Made by a program: the position numbers and the translations under genes | DNA from: Mobula hypostoma | Lineage: Eukaryota | Reading direction: 5' to 3' | Length of the DNA stretch: 64,000 bases | NCBI RefSeq assembly: GCF_963921235.1 | Contig: NC_086107.1 | Coordinates: 100,070,001-100,134,000, forward strand | Shown here: in pieces, positions 13,052-26,675 of the stretch | Numbering within the stretch: the stretch's first letter is position 1 | Layout of the letters: each line of letters begins with the position of its first letter | The notes under the pieces: generated by a model | The model's database searches: none | Seen by the model: the letters and a program-made list of their open reading frames with translations, nothing else | Told to the model about the DNA's origin: nothing

Positions 13052-14339
13052 AATTTAAAGTAGTAACTTGAATGGTCAGTGAGCAAACCAGGCAAGAATG
13101 TCATGAATCTAATTTCCAATTAGCACTAAGGCAGATTAACAAAAGGTTTCATTGCTCCCCTCAAGAAGTAGAGAAAGCCACTCTGGGTTCACAGTCTTGA
13201 TTATTGTCTGATCTAGGAATGGGTTGTGAATGCTTATATGCACGTGAACACAGGATGAAGGCAAAAGCAGGACTAGATGTCCATTGTATTAAATTAGCCA
13301 AAGCTCTCTCATTTCTGGTTGCTATCCGTGTGACGGAGGAGATGATTAGTAATGCTTAACTATCCAAGTCCAGATTAATAGCGTCAGTAGTGGTTTGGTA
13401 CAAGTCTGAGATGTCACAACGGTCTCTACTTTCTGACTGATGTCCAGAGGCATGTTATGTAATTGATTACAAATTTACCCCAATTCCCATTTGAAGCTCT
13501 AACAATGTGCACCAAATACTGTTCATATAGTTTTGAATCTTGAGGGCATTCTCTGAATGACATTGTACTTTCGAGCTCTTTGTTAGCTTATTTATATATC
13601 TCAGCATTTTCATTATTTTTCAAAATCTACATTAACAGCACACCCAGCACAACTTGGTGCAGGTTCTTTTATGGTGGTGACATCACTATTGCCACAGAAA
13701 TTAAGGATCTCACGAACATAAATATAACCTTTTCTATTGGTATGAAGTGAGTGGCAGCACACCTCCAAATCAGCCTTTCACCTGAACAATAAATTCTTCA
13801 AGGAAGCACTGAACCTTTCCTTTTATGTCTGGGAATGCTTGGGTTTGGTGACAAGTCAACATTACTATTAGGGCAGCCTGTGGTTCCTATGCTGTCTGTA
13901 CCCCAGCAAGAAAGTAAACTTCAGATGTAGGATGGTGAGAGACACACAAGAAAAGTGTTTTTTTTTTAACGTCCAATCCTTTGGGGGAATCAAGTAACTT
14001 AAAAAAGGGAAGTATAGATGGTGCTTTGCAATGGTGAATATAGGCTGTACTTTAGAGAGAATAAGGTCAGTGACACAATTGTCTGCTAGTAGTTTCTGCA
14101 GAGTATTGCTTTATGTTAACCACATCCTCTAAACAGATCCTGTGGTCTGATCCAGCATCAAAGTTAGATTAGAACATGTGTTGCATAGAACTGTAAGGGC
14201 AAAAACAGTTCTTCATTCCTATTGAATGCACAAGCATCTTAGTAAGAAATACCAACTGATTAGAAATGTGTACTTAATAGGAAAAGTACCAGACTTATTT
14301 TCCACATCCCTCCCTGTTTAAAAGATGATATCAAGTACC

Positions 14340-14815
14340 GTATATAGCTAGAGTGCCCCAGGCCTTTGCACAGTACTGTATTTGTCAATGTGGAACGGAG
14401 AGCAAGTTTGTGACTGGCAGGAGCCAAGAGGGTGAGGGCGGAGCACCACCGGAGGGCTGTGGGACAGGTGGCAGGGAAGGAGTGCCAGGAGCGGAGTGGG
14501 GGTGGGGGGGCGCAGACCCACCCAGCCCTGAGACACTGGTCATGGTCATTTGATTTCAAACAATTGGTTGATTGATCATTACAGTAATCTCTCCGGTGCT
14601 TCCCACTCCCTCCCCTTTCCCCATCCATGACTTCCCTCTCCCTGCCCCCTTTCCACTCTGAGTCCACAATACAGACCCATAATGGAATCAGTTTTATCAT
14701 CACTCACATATGTGCCATGATTTTTTTGCAGCAGCAGCAGTGCAGTGCAAAACATAAAATTATATGTGTGTGTGTGTATAATATGTATATATGTGCTAAG
14801 ACATTTGCACAGAAA
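14340..14815 (+). mobile_element. Composite Tc1-like non-autonomous element
   Basis: AGACTTTTGCACAGTACTG-type TIR motifs at both ends; internal region shared with 50760-51150 and 7545-7580. Confidence 0.6.
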
Positions 14816-15382
14816 TTATAGATTATTTGTTCATGTGGAAGTTAGTGGGGGTGGAATGGAGTAATTTCCCTTATCATTATTTGAGTTTCAAATCCATCAG
14901 ATTTAGCAGTCTGCAACGAACTGGTGGAGCAATATGCTGTCATTACTGTGTACTACACAACAGTGAAAAGAAGGAAGAAGCCTCCCTCTTTCACTGACCT
15001 TCAAGCCTCTGACACCTTGTCAATAGCAGTTCTAAAAGGGAGCATCAACCACAGAATATCATTCTGTTGACCCAAATGTACTTAACTACGTATCATTTGG
15101 TAATGCTACCATGTTACTGAGCATTACAGATGAGAAGGCCTCAGATTTAATTACCTATCAGATCTCAGCTGGTTTGGCATTAGGATGAGGACAGCTCACT
15201 TAATGTCCATAGACAAAAGGGTAATTAAATCAGATGGACTTCCAGTGAAGTTCCAATGATACTAGCTAGATATGTGTGTGAATACTGGCATAATTCAGGA
15301 ATAAGGCAGATTTTTAACATTCTTAACCTGCCTGAAAATGTATATATTTTTTCGCTTTTCAGGATTTAAGCGTTACTGAAAA

Positions 15383-15750
15383 AGCCAGCATTTACTGCCC
15401 ATCCTAACTCCCCTTGAGAAGGTGATACTGAGCCTCCTTTGTAAACTGCTACAGTGTTTCTGGTGAATGTGCTCCCTTTGTGCAAGTGGGGCAAAAGTTC
15501 GAGCAGTGACACCCAATGCCGATAAAGAAACTGTACTTCCAAGACATGATGGTGTTCAAGTGGAGGTGTTCCCGTGCACCAGCTGTCCTTGACGATGGGG
15601 CTTGGTGTTTGGTAGGTGATTTCGAGGAAATCTGGGGATGGAAAAAGCTGTGAATTTAGTAGGTGGTGCACACTACAGACACATTGGAGGCAATAAATGT
15701 TTACGGTGGTGATGGGTTACCAATAAACAAGCTGCATCTCCTGGATGGTA
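15383..15750 (-). mobile_element. Old LINE 3' fragment (CR1/L2 superfamily)
   Basis: Minus-strand 3' motif TCTCAAGGGGAGTTAGGATGGGCAGTAAATGCTGGC recalled from fish LINE 3' ends; heavily decayed. Confidence 0.5.
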
Positions 15751-16969
15751 TTTAGACAGGAAAGCAAAGGCATGACTGCAGACATCGGTCGCAAGGTAGA
15801 GATTACTGTGCTGCCCTGTGACATCTCCGGCTTGTACCAAACTACTACGGAAGCTACCAATCTGCTCTTGGATAGTTAAGAATTGCTAACTACCTCCTCT
15901 ACCACATGGATGGCAACCAGAAATGAGAGCTTCGGCTAATTTAATTCGAGTGACCAGCAAGACCTTATCTTGCCCCCATCCAGTGTTCACATGCAGGCAA
16001 GCATTCACATACCATTCCTAGTACGCAGCGTCAGACAACAGTCAGGACTGTGAACCCAGAGTGGCTTTCCCCATTTATTGCAGGAGCAATTAACCCTCCT
16101 GTACAACACTTTTGTTCATCTGGCTCAGTGCTAATTTCAAATTAGACTTGTGACATTCCTGGCCTAATTAACTCACTGACTATTGTACTTTATGTGGGGA
16201 GATGTTCCCTTTAATTTCCTTGCTTGGGGGTGGGGGGCGGTCAAGGTGCACGTTACAATAAGAAATATAAAAACGAATAGTGCAAAAAAAGACCAAAATA
16301 GTGAGATAGTGTTCATGGGTTCAGAAATCTCATGCCAGAGGGGAAGAAGCTGTTCCTAAAACTTTGAGTGTGCAACTTCAAGCTCCTGTATCTTCCCTCT
16401 CTGAAGATAACGACGAGGAGATGGCATGTCCTAGAAGGTGAGGGTCCTTCATGATGGATGCCACTTTTTGAGATCCTGCCTTTTGAAGACGTCCTTGATG
16501 GTGGAGCTACTTGTGCTTTTGCAGTTATGGTCTTCATGGGGCTGGTCAGTTGAATTTCTGATTGAAAGTCACCCCTATAGCCGGGGAAGTGATGACCTTT
16601 TCCTGTTAGATTGTTTGTGGTAACTCATTTTTTATTCTTTCTACTTCTCTTCTAATATTTATATCTGTGCACTTGTAATGCTACTGTGACACTGTAATTT
16701 TCTTTGGGATCAATAAAGTATCTATATATCTATCTTTCTTTATATTATAGAGTACCTGATTCCAACAATTGCATTTTTCCTCCTTACTATTCATTGAGTA
16801 ATTTTAATAGGTTTTCTTCATGCCACACTCAATCTAATGCTCTTCTAGCATCTGGAATTAAATTCTATGGCCACTGTGTAGATGATAATTCAGCAACAAT
16901 GAAAACTGTCTTGAGTGTAAGTGAGACCTAACCTTAGTGGGAGAGGAGAAACAAGAAATGACATCTAAT

Positions 16970-18967
16970 TGAATGTAAGGGCCACTTCAAGGGAGATCTC
17001 CAACTCAACCTCGAACCCTACAGCTACAAGACTGGAGTGGGACTAATATCCTAGCGGGAAGGCTTGTTAATGCTGCACGGTGGGGTTTAAACTAGAGTTG
17101 CAGGGGGATGGGAACCAGGGTGCCAGAAGAGTTATTGGAGCGGTTGTGGAGAGAGCTGTTTGTAAGACCTCAGACAAAGTCAGGAATCAAATGGTTGAGC
17201 GTGGTGCGACCGGTGTCCTGAGCTGGATATATTTCAATGCAAGAAGTATCATAGGAAAGGCAGATGAGCTCAGGGCATGGATCAACATCTGGAATTTTGA
17301 CATTGTAGCCATCAGTGAGACTTGGTTGCAGGAGGGGCAGGACTAGCAGCTCAGTATTCCAGGGTTTCATCATTTTAGACATGACAGAGTGGGAGGGATT
17401 AAATGAGGAGGGATGCATTCCTAGTCAGGGAAAATGTCACAGCAGTGCTCCATCAGGAAAGACTGGAGAAAGACTAATGAGGCATTATGGGTGGAACTGA
17501 GAAATAAGAAAGGTATGACCACAGTAATGGGCCTATATTATAGACCACCCAGCAATCCTAGGGATTTAGAGGAACAAATTTGTAAAGAGATCACAGATTT
17601 TTTTAAGGTTGTTATAGTAGGTGATTTTTACAAAAACAGGTCCATAATTCATTGAAAGTGGTGTCACAGGTATATAGGGTCATAAAGAAATCTTTTGGCA
17701 CATGGCCTTCATAAATCAATGTATGGAGTACAGGAGATGGGATTTTATGTTAGGATGTTATGATGAGGCCTGATTTGGAGTATTATGTGCAGTTTTGGTC
17801 ACCCACCTACAGGAAAGATATAAACAAGGTTGAAAGAGTACAGAGAAAATTTACAAGGATGTTGCCATGTCTGGAGTACCTGAATTATAAGGAAAGATTG
17901 AATAGGTTAGGACTGAATTCTCTAGAAGTAGTAGAGAGGAGATTTGATAGAGGTATACAAAATTATGAGGGGCATAGGTAGGGTAAATGCAACAGGACTT
18001 TTTTCCTCTGCAGTTGGGTGAGACTACAACCAGAGGTCATGGGTTAAGAGTGGAAGGTGAGAAGTTTAAGGAGAGCATGAGGGGAAATTTCTTCACTCAG
18101 AAGGTCATAAGAGTGTGGAATGAGCTGCCAACTCAAAGGAGCTGGTTGTGGACTACAGGAGGAATGGAAACAGGCTAATCCCTATAGACATCAATGGATC
18201 TGGGGTTGAGGGTGAACAGCTTCAAGTTCCTTGGCATACACATCACCGAGGATCGCACATGGATCTCTTTCGCCTCAGATGGTTGAAGAAGTTTGGTATG
18301 GCCCCCCCAAATTCTAAAAACTTTCTATAGGGGCACGATTGAGAGCATCTTGACTGGCTGCATCACTGCCTGGTATGGAAACTGTACTTCGCTCAATCGC
18401 AGGACTCTGCAGAGAGTGGTGCGGACAGCCCAGCACATCTGTAGATGTGAACTTGCCACTATTCAGGACATTTATAAAGATAGGTGTATAAGAAGGTCCC
18501 GAAGGATCATTGGGGGCCCAAGTCACCTCAACTACAAGCTGTTCCAGCTGCTACCATCCGGGAAATGGTACTGTAGCATAAAAACCAGGACCAACAGGCT
18601 CCGGGACAGCTTCTTCCACCAGGCCATCATACTGCTTAATTCATGCTGACACAACCATATTTCTATGTTATGTTGACAAACCTGTTGTACATAATATGTA
18701 TTATAAATTACCATAATTGTACATTTAGACAGAGATGTAATGTAAAGATTTTTACTCATGTATATGAAGGATGTAAGTAATAAGGTCAATTCAATTCACA
18801 AGTGGTACATGCAAGCTTGATTTCAACGCTTAAGAGAAGTTTGGATAGGTACATGGATAGGGGTATGGAGGGCTATGGAGGTAGATAAGAATAGGCAGTT
18901 TAAATGCTTTTGGCATGGACTAGATGGGCTGAAGGGCCTGGTCCTGGGCTGTACTTTTCTATGACTC
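16970..18967 (+). mobile_element. Internally deleted CR1 LINE with nested Rex (18131-18798)
   Basis: Endonuclease motifs YFNARSI...DIVAISETWL and GLYYRPPS; RT C-terminus MRPDLEYYVQFWSP; CR1 resumes after the Rex tail. Confidence 0.9.
18131..18798 (+). mobile_element. Rex1/Babar LINE 3' fragment
   Basis: ORF 18293-18649 FYRGTIESILTGCITAWYG...LPSGK; (ATTCA)n tail. Confidence 0.85.
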
Positions 18968-19169
18968 AAAGGCACTTGTAACATATACCTTGTTCTATTT
19001 TGCTGCCTTGTCTTGTCTTGTCTTGGTGCTAGTGACTGATGATTGGATACTTTGCCCCACCAGCAAGATGCTACATGCTATCTGAAATGGCTGAACAGCC
19101 AACATGCAATCAGGACTGACGATTTAAATTTGCAGGCCCTCTAGCAATGACTTGGATGGTATATCTAGG

Positions 19170-19440
19170 AGAGCTGCTGCCTCAAAGCCCCGGCGCCCTA
19201 GGTTCCATCCTGACCATAAATGCTCTCTATACAGAGCTTACACATTCTTCTTGTGACAGTATGAGTTTCTTCATGGTTTTCTGGTTTCCTCTCACTGCTG
19301 GTAGGATAATTGGCTGTGGTAGATTGTCCACTGCGTAATATAGGTAGGTGGTAGATTTGGAGCTGAGGTCGAAGGGAATGTGTGAAGAATGAAATGGGAT
19401 TAGCGTAGGATAAGTGTAAGAGCGTGTGTGACAGTCATTA
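19170..19440 (+). mobile_element. V-SINE (HE1-like) relic
   Basis: tRNA-like head (GGTTCCATCCTGACC) and V-domain-like GTTTCT...GGTTTCCTC...GGTAGGATAATTGGC; related to 46825-47135 and 57128-57398. Confidence 0.55.
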
Positions 19441-20775
19441 TGGACATTTGAAATGTGGGAAGTGTGGAAAGCAATTTTCGCAGTACTAGCTTCCACATTA
19501 TTAGTCTGGACTAAGTCCTCAGCTCTTCAAAATAGTGCCAAAGGTATCTAGGAATTTGTTAAGCTTTTCTACAGGGAAGTCACTCTGTCAGTTTCTGATG
19601 GGCCAAATGGCGGCTTTCTTTGCCTCCCTAATTTAGGTGGTGTTAATTCCTTTTGTTTTTGGCTTCACACCACAAGTTAATTTTGTCCTTCATTAATCCT
19701 GGCTACTGAGATGAAGGTAACTATTTGACTTAAGCAGATGTTACATTGATAACTGTAAGAGAGAAATTGAACATTATGATACTGGCTTTCATAAAGTAAG
19801 TTTGGGGTCAACAGCTATTGGGACAAATGACTTGTGCTGCAAGCTGTAATAAATGAAATAAGATCTCTGCTTTGGTGATACTGAACCAGGTCCCCAAAGT
19901 TTACCCAGATCATGATATTTCCAGTTGGTTACTAAACAGACAATAAAGCCTTAGCTAGAAGTAGAAGAAGAAGCAGCCAGTTGTGTTTCTCATGTAACTC
20001 AGCTGCCGGGCACTAATACAAATGATTCATGCCTCAATTAGAAATCCTGTGTCAATTGTCTAGTGGATGCACTAAGCAGAGAAGTGTGAACTTGCCGATG
20101 TGTGATTCTGACAGCCGAAGTGTTTTAGTGTTATTTGAGTTAACAATGGGGTTCAGATAGTCGTTCCCTTGCTTCCAAATTTAAAGATGTGTTACCCACG
20201 TAGAGATCCAGTATCTTCTGAAGAAGAGGCAAGTTCTTTCAATTATGTGGTACCTTTTCACCTTTTTCCAAAGGTCCCAAATTGTTTTCAGGAAATTTCT
20301 CTATTTATGAATGTTTAATTTTATGAATTAACATTCTAAAGGCATGGATTCTTTGGATTAAGTGTCTTTCATTTGTGAAACCATTTTTCACCGATAGCAT
20401 GCCACACTCCAGGGACAGGAATTCTGTGATACATTTTGTCCAGCCTTTATAATCTGCAAATTTTTGGTTCATGAAACATTTCCCAGGAATACATCTTTTT
20501 TTCATAAATTGAGGAATAACTTTACTTTTGAAGTGTGGTCACTGCTGTAATGTGGGGAATGCGGAAAGCGACTTGCTTTCTTCTAATTCCCATGATATTG
20601 GCCTGGACATAGAGTTCTCAAGTCTTCTTCAAATAGCGCCCGGGTGTCTAGAAGTTGTTCTGCTTTTCTAAAGGCAATCACTCTGTTTGTATGTGAAGGG
20701 ATAAAGATTGCTCTGTTTGAGTGGCATGTCTCTGGAAGATTCAGAATTAGCTTTACATGCTCATGGGCTTTTGCT

Positions 20776-21480
20776 CAGAATCAGCTTCATTATCACCGAC
20801 TTATGTCATGAAATTTTCTCTTTTGTGACAGAAGTACAGTGTAAAATATAAAAAAATACTATAAATTACGAAACTATATTAAAAAAAGTGCAAAGAGAGA
20901 GGAATATAGTGAAGTAGTATTCATGGGCTCATGGACTGTTCAGAAATCTCTGGAGGGGAAGAAGTTGTTCCTAAAACAGTGAGTGTGCATTCTTAGGCTC
21001 CTGTACCTCCTCTCTGATGGTAATGATAAGTTGGCATGTCCTTTTTGGTGAGGGTCCTGCATGATGCTGCTGTCTTCTTGAATATTGCCTTTTGAAAACA
21101 TCTCCAAGGGTGTGGCAATAGTGCCCATGATGTAGTTGGCTAAGTGTACAACCCTCAGCAGCTTTTCCAATCCTTTGCCTTGGAACCCCCATACCAGACA
21201 GTGATGTAACCAGTCAGAATGCTCGTCATATTACAGTTTGCTAGAGTCTTTTGTGACATACCAAACCCTTCAAATTTCTAATGAAAGATAGCCACTGGCA
21301 TGCCTCCTTCATAATTGTATTGAGGTCCCAAGATAGATCTTCAGAGATGCTGACACCCTTGAATTCGAAGCTGTTCATCCTTTCCACTGCTGACTCCTTG
21401 ATGAGAACTGGTGTGTATTCTCCCGACTTCCCCTTCCTGAAGTCCACAATCAGTTCCTTGGTTTTACTGATGTTGAGCGC
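20776..21480 (-). mobile_element. Rex1/Babar LINE fragment
   Basis: ORFs 21241-21495 LNISKTKELIVDFRK and 20940-21170 PSERRYRSL. Confidence 0.85.
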
Positions 21481-21699
21481 AACTGCATGTACCAAATATT
21501 CTAGTGAATTCTAGGCTGGAGAAGCTGAGCCAGGGTTAAAGAAGCAAAAAGGCAGTGTAGTCCTGGGGTTGTGGAAAGGTGAGATTTGGAGCTGATCAGT
21601 TATCAGCCACAGGTCAGCTAGATTAATATTGGTTCAGCGAAGAGGAGTTAGGTGGTCAATGGCGGAGGATTGTGGGTAGCGTGGATACAATTACTATGA

Positions 21700-22320
21700 T
21701 TTTGTTTATTTCAAAAAATATACCACAGGAAATACATCTATAGTGCCGCTAAATCAGTACATTCCTTTTACAAAGCACCAATGCCAGTCATGTTGCACTG
21801 GACCCAGCACTTCAGTGTCTAATGGTGATAGGACCTTAGGACGTAGAACTTCCTCACAGACTTTGCAGTGGCTGCACCGAGCTTCACTGTTTCCTTCAGC
21901 ACATAATTCTGCACCCTAGAATGTGCCTATAAGCTGTATTCCTTCATAGATATCTATTTGCACTGGAAAACTAAGGTGTATCTTCCTACAGATTATTGGT
22001 TTTTCTATCAGCATTTCATGTTTGCCTTTGAGACCTTGGAAATCCTCAGTTACACAGTTTCTTGGGATAAACTCAACGAGAGTCCTTGCACCCTTTTCTA
22101 AACCTCCTTGGCATAATCCACAGGTGGACAGTTGTCTTGTCTGCATTACAGCTGTCTCAAGGACAGCTTGTGCTAAGAGTGAAACTCCATCTGTGTAGGA
22201 AAGATCTTATGGGGAGAGCCCTTCTCACTAACAGGCCAGTCAGGTCTTGGTGCATGTTGTTGACTTTTGGTGATGACTTCAACAAAGTGCCTTGGTTGGC
22301 AAGGGTAGTTACGGTGGGGG
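21700..22320 (-). mobile_element. Decayed Tx1/L1-like LINE 3' fragment
   Basis: Minus-strand AATAAACAAAA end; degenerate ORF2 C-terminal-like sequence (GLCQGGL...LVEFIP); recognition is weak. Confidence 0.4.
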
Positions 22321-23019
22321 TGGTGAGAGGGGTGTGATTTGAATTTGAGTTCTAGGTTAAGCTTTGTAGTCAGGGATTAGCCTTTATAGTTGGTGTAGAT
22401 AGAATAACTTGTGGGAGATGTACATTGTAGTCAGGCATGGAATCACAAAATGGTGGATAATATCACTGGATTGAGAATAGTATTGGTTATCAGGGGAATG
22501 AGGGTGTTGGATTACTAGTCAGTGGTTAGTGTAAACAGTGGTTGGAACTGGAGTGTTTGGTGATTTAGGGGAGGTTGCTTTGGGAGAGGATTGTAAACCT
22601 GGGTGCTCAGAAGGTTGCACTTAAAGAAGTTTCAAGGGGGTACTACCATGAAGGGGACCAGTCTGTGATGGAATCCCAACATCATCTTGGGACTTGATCA
22701 GAAATGCATTCTTTATGTTCATCTGATGCGTACTTCATAAACCTGATCTAACATGAGTCATCTTTGAATAGTGCAAGCTATGCATGCACATTTAAAAGTT
22801 ATAGAAGTAACATCCAGACATATATTGGAAATGATGAATAAACGCTTCCCTGGCATAAATTGGAAATGTTAGAAGCCGCTGTGCTGGCTTGAGTGCAGGA
22901 TGATACAGTTTTCATAATTTTTTTTTGAAATTAGATCATCCAACACACAAAAGCATGGTGCCAAACAATACAGGTTCTGGTGTGGGATTTTTTAGAACCT
23001 CCTGTGAAAGAAGGCCTAC

Positions 23020-23172
23020 CTTCTACCTTCTAATTTGAAAGGCAACTTCTCTGATAGTGCAACACTCTTTCAACAATGGATTGAAGTTGTAGTGTAGATT
23101 GTTGTGTTCAAGTTTCTGGATTAGGCTTGCACCTATAACCCGACTCTGAATTGGAAGTTCTATTAACTGAGG
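23020..23172 (-). mobile_element. DeuSINE (SacSINE1/AmnSINE1-related) relic
   Basis: Minus strand resembles a tRNA-like head followed by CCAGAAACTTGAACAC...GAGTGTTGCACTATCAGAG; recalled similarity only. Confidence 0.5.
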
Positions 23173-25374
23173 AGCAGCTGAAATGGGAAAGCTAGAGATT
23201 GGACATGTTTGACTTATAAGTTACTACGTAAAGAAAATTGGAAGACAAAGAAATAATTTTAAAATGGTATGGGAATAGAATGTAATAATCTGAATAACTG
23301 ACAGCCTCTGTCTGCTGTCTGTAAACCAAGCCACAAAACAGTTTGCAGATGATTAGGTACATATCTGAGTCATTCAGTGGCATTTAAAACTTACCAGCTC
23401 AATGCAAAATTGTGCTAACTTACAATCAAGATCACTTAGCATTAGTGAGAGTTTTGCTGACAGGAAAGTAGAGTTGGCATTTAGACTAATAATTTATGGT
23501 ACTGCATGAAAGTACAGTAATTGCTTTCTGAAGAAGCTGCTCATCTTACTAAATATTGGCAAGCATCTTGAGTCTGTGCAATGAAACCTGAATAAACTAT
23601 TGCATATAACATGCACGTCTCTTAACCTTTCTTCCTGCTCTTTTGAATGTGCTGATTCATGTTGGATATAGTTCCACAGGACATTTCTAAGCAGACATAC
23701 TTCAAGTACGAGCTTATAAATTTTGAATAGGAATGTTGCCAAGCTATTGGTCCACAGCAAACATCTCAGGCAAGATCTAACCAGCTGATGAAACTTCATA
23801 TGTTGCCACTCTCTGGCAGACATCATAAGACAATGATTAAGTCATAGAAGGTGAGGAAACCAAGCTAACTTTACCTTCATTTCTTTTTAAAGAAATCGAC
23901 GTTAGTTGAGTGATTTTTGCTGCCATACTCTGCTGAGATGTTCAAATCCGCCAAAGGCCCGTGAATCAACCACGTAACTTCCACACTGTATGTTTCAGTA
24001 ACACGGACAATAAATGAACTTTCAGTGGTTCCCTGTGAAAGGGTGTTTTATCATCAATGGGCTTCTTTTTAAATACTAAGTAGAAAAAAATTGCTTCAGT
24101 TTTTATTTTGCATTTCACCTCAACAGTTTAAGAGCAAAATATGTGTTGGGAATTGTGGGGGCGGACTGCTTTGTGATGTGGTTTTGAATCCACTGGGAGT
24201 GGGGGCAGGACCAGGAATGAAAATGTTTAAACATTGTTTTGCTGTACAGAAATACGCAGGCAGCTTGAGTCTTCAAACAGTCTGGAATCCTTCCCGAAGC
24301 CTGAAACAGCAATGCCCTTACAAACCATACCATTCAAATCCCTTCCCCCAGTCATAGCAAATTCTATTGGGATCTAGTGACTAGAAATTAAATATGAATT
24401 AGCAGAAAATCATTGTGTTCTAAATATTAACTTCTTATTTTTATGACATTGTGTCTATCTATAGCTACAGTTTATTTTTGTACTTTTCTTGCCTGTGTCC
24501 AATGAAGCTGGAGACTCTCACTAAAATGCCTTTTTTCGAAGTCTCTTACGATCAAGGAAGACTTGCTTTCACTCTATTTTTAAGGAGTGTTAAGATAACT
24601 GTATGCAAATTTGTTTAGTGAGGGGTGGCCTTTGTGGAACAGCAACCACGTGGCCTTGACAAAGTGAGGTCTTGGTCCAATGGCAAGAATGTCCAAGACT
24701 TTCAAGAGAGCAGGAAGCAACTAGGCTCTCCATTGCACGGACTGTGTACATAACCAAGTCATTGTCATAGAGTTGTATAGCATATAAACAGGTCCATTGG
24801 TCCACCAAGTTCATGCTGACCATTTTGTCTATCTAAAGTGATTCCATTTGCCTGCATTGAGAATGTATCCATCCACACTTTGCTTGTTTGAATGGATGTA
24901 CATTCTCAACCACATTGGATACACTCTGACATCAGTCCCCCAACACAATAGACAGGAGTAGGCTATTCGGCCCTTCAAACCAGCACCGTCATTCACTGTG
25001 ATCAAGGCTGATCATCCACGATCAGTACCCCGTTCCTGCCTTCTCCCCATATCCCTTGACTCAAACATACATGTTTGCATAAATTCATGAACTTCCCCTC
25101 AGTCACCCTCTCTCACTTGGCACATTCATGATCACCTCCCTCCTTCAATCCTTCTACCTTAGTCTCCCTCCCTCCCAGCTTTCCTCTTTCATTCCCTTGC
25201 AATTCTCCTGCTATCTGTGGCCCACCCTAGCCTCTTCAGATTCCAACTGCTCCACAAAATTGAGGCTGCCCAGCGATTGCCATTCCTGAGCCATGACAAG
25301 CCTAATAACCCTGCTATGTGAGTCTCTTGCCACGACCAGTCGCTGTGCTATCGAGCAGTAACTTGCAATGCTAG

Positions 25375-25562
25375 AGAGCAGAAATGCTGGAGGAACTCAG
25401 CAGCCAGGCAGCATCAATGGAAAAGAGTAAACAGTTGCCGTTTAGGGCCAAGGCCCTTTATCAGGACGGTTTATTCAATTCCATAGATGCTGCCTGGTCT
25501 GCTGAGTTGCTCTTCCATTTTGTATGGGTTGCTTTGGATTTCTGGCATCTGCAGATTTTCTC
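25375..25562. mobile_element. Fold-back Penelope-derived mini-element
   Basis: AAATGCTGGAGGAACTCAGCAGCCAGGCAGCATC and its inverted copy GATGCTGCCTGGTCTGCTGAGTT; decayed ribozyme motif on the minus strand at 25432-25468. Confidence 0.75.
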
Positions 25563-26212
25563 AAGTTGGTCAATCACTATGCTCAATAAACAATCTGAAT
25601 CTAAACAAGCAGAATCTGAATGACCACTTAGGGGATCACAGAAAATTGGGCAGGGCTGTAATATTTGGTAAATACTTTGTGATTGGCTAAGTAAGATTGA
25701 GAACAGGTTCGGCAGCAGGCCCATTTGTCTCAGCAATCACTGGGTTTCAGTCACAGAAATTTGCTCCTAGCGGGTGATGTAGTCAATTCTGTTTACATCT
25801 ATTCCTAATTTTAGCTTGCATACATTTTTCCATCAGCAATGACAGTGCAATATTTTGGGAGCTAAAACCCTGGCATTTGTTCACCCAGCCAATAGATACT
25901 ACATAAAAATGTAACACTCCATTCATCAACTAGCCTAGCTGGGATTGGTTAATGTGACACCAATTATAAAAACAGTCTGGGGCTTTCTCTGTTCCGTATC
26001 AGAATTCTGCAAAAGTACCAACATAAACAGTAAGTTGTTGGCCAATTTGAAGAATGTTTAATATTTATTATCTGACTAAGTATCAAATATCTCTCCATCC
26101 TCCATGTGAAGCAAGACTGTCAAATTCCAGCTTCAGATTTCAACGAGTTTACAGTAAACATAATGAACTCATCACCAGTTTTTCCTATCTAATCATTATC
26201 CTGGTAAAATGC

Positions 26213-26510
26213 TGACACAGGTCATTCCCTTTTCTCATTGCTGCCATCAGGAAGGAGGTACAGGAGCCTGAAGGCACACACTCAACAATTCAGGAACAGC
26301 TTCTTCCCCTCTGCCATCTGACTTCTGAAAGAACATTGAACCCATGAGCACAACTTTACAACTTTTTAAAATTCTATTCTTGCACTACTTGTTTAATGTA
26401 ACTATTGAACACACACACACACACACGCACACTTTATTTCACAGTTTTTTTCTCTATTATTATGTATTGCATTATACTGGTGCCACAAAGTCAATAAATT
26501 TCACAACATA
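26213..26510 (+). mobile_element. Rex1/Babar 3' fragment containing a (CA)n microsatellite
   Basis: CCATCAGGAAGGAGGTACAGGAGCCTGAAGGCACACACTC, as at 820-860. Confidence 0.8.
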
Positions 26511-26675
26511 TTGCATTCTGGAGTAATGATGTTTGATCATGGGGATCCCAGAGAGAAAGAGAACACCATAAATGTCAGGATGCTTTTCAGAGATAATCTT
26601 TCAAAAATATTGCTAAGAAATAAGGCATAGTATAAATGTGTTTAATATAAATGAATTACCACTCCTATCTAAGAT

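Noticed and set aside
15345..15425. Acceptor-like TTTTCAG at 15362 as an exon of an upstream gene
   Set aside because: Following sequence is a minus-strand LINE relic with no coding similarity
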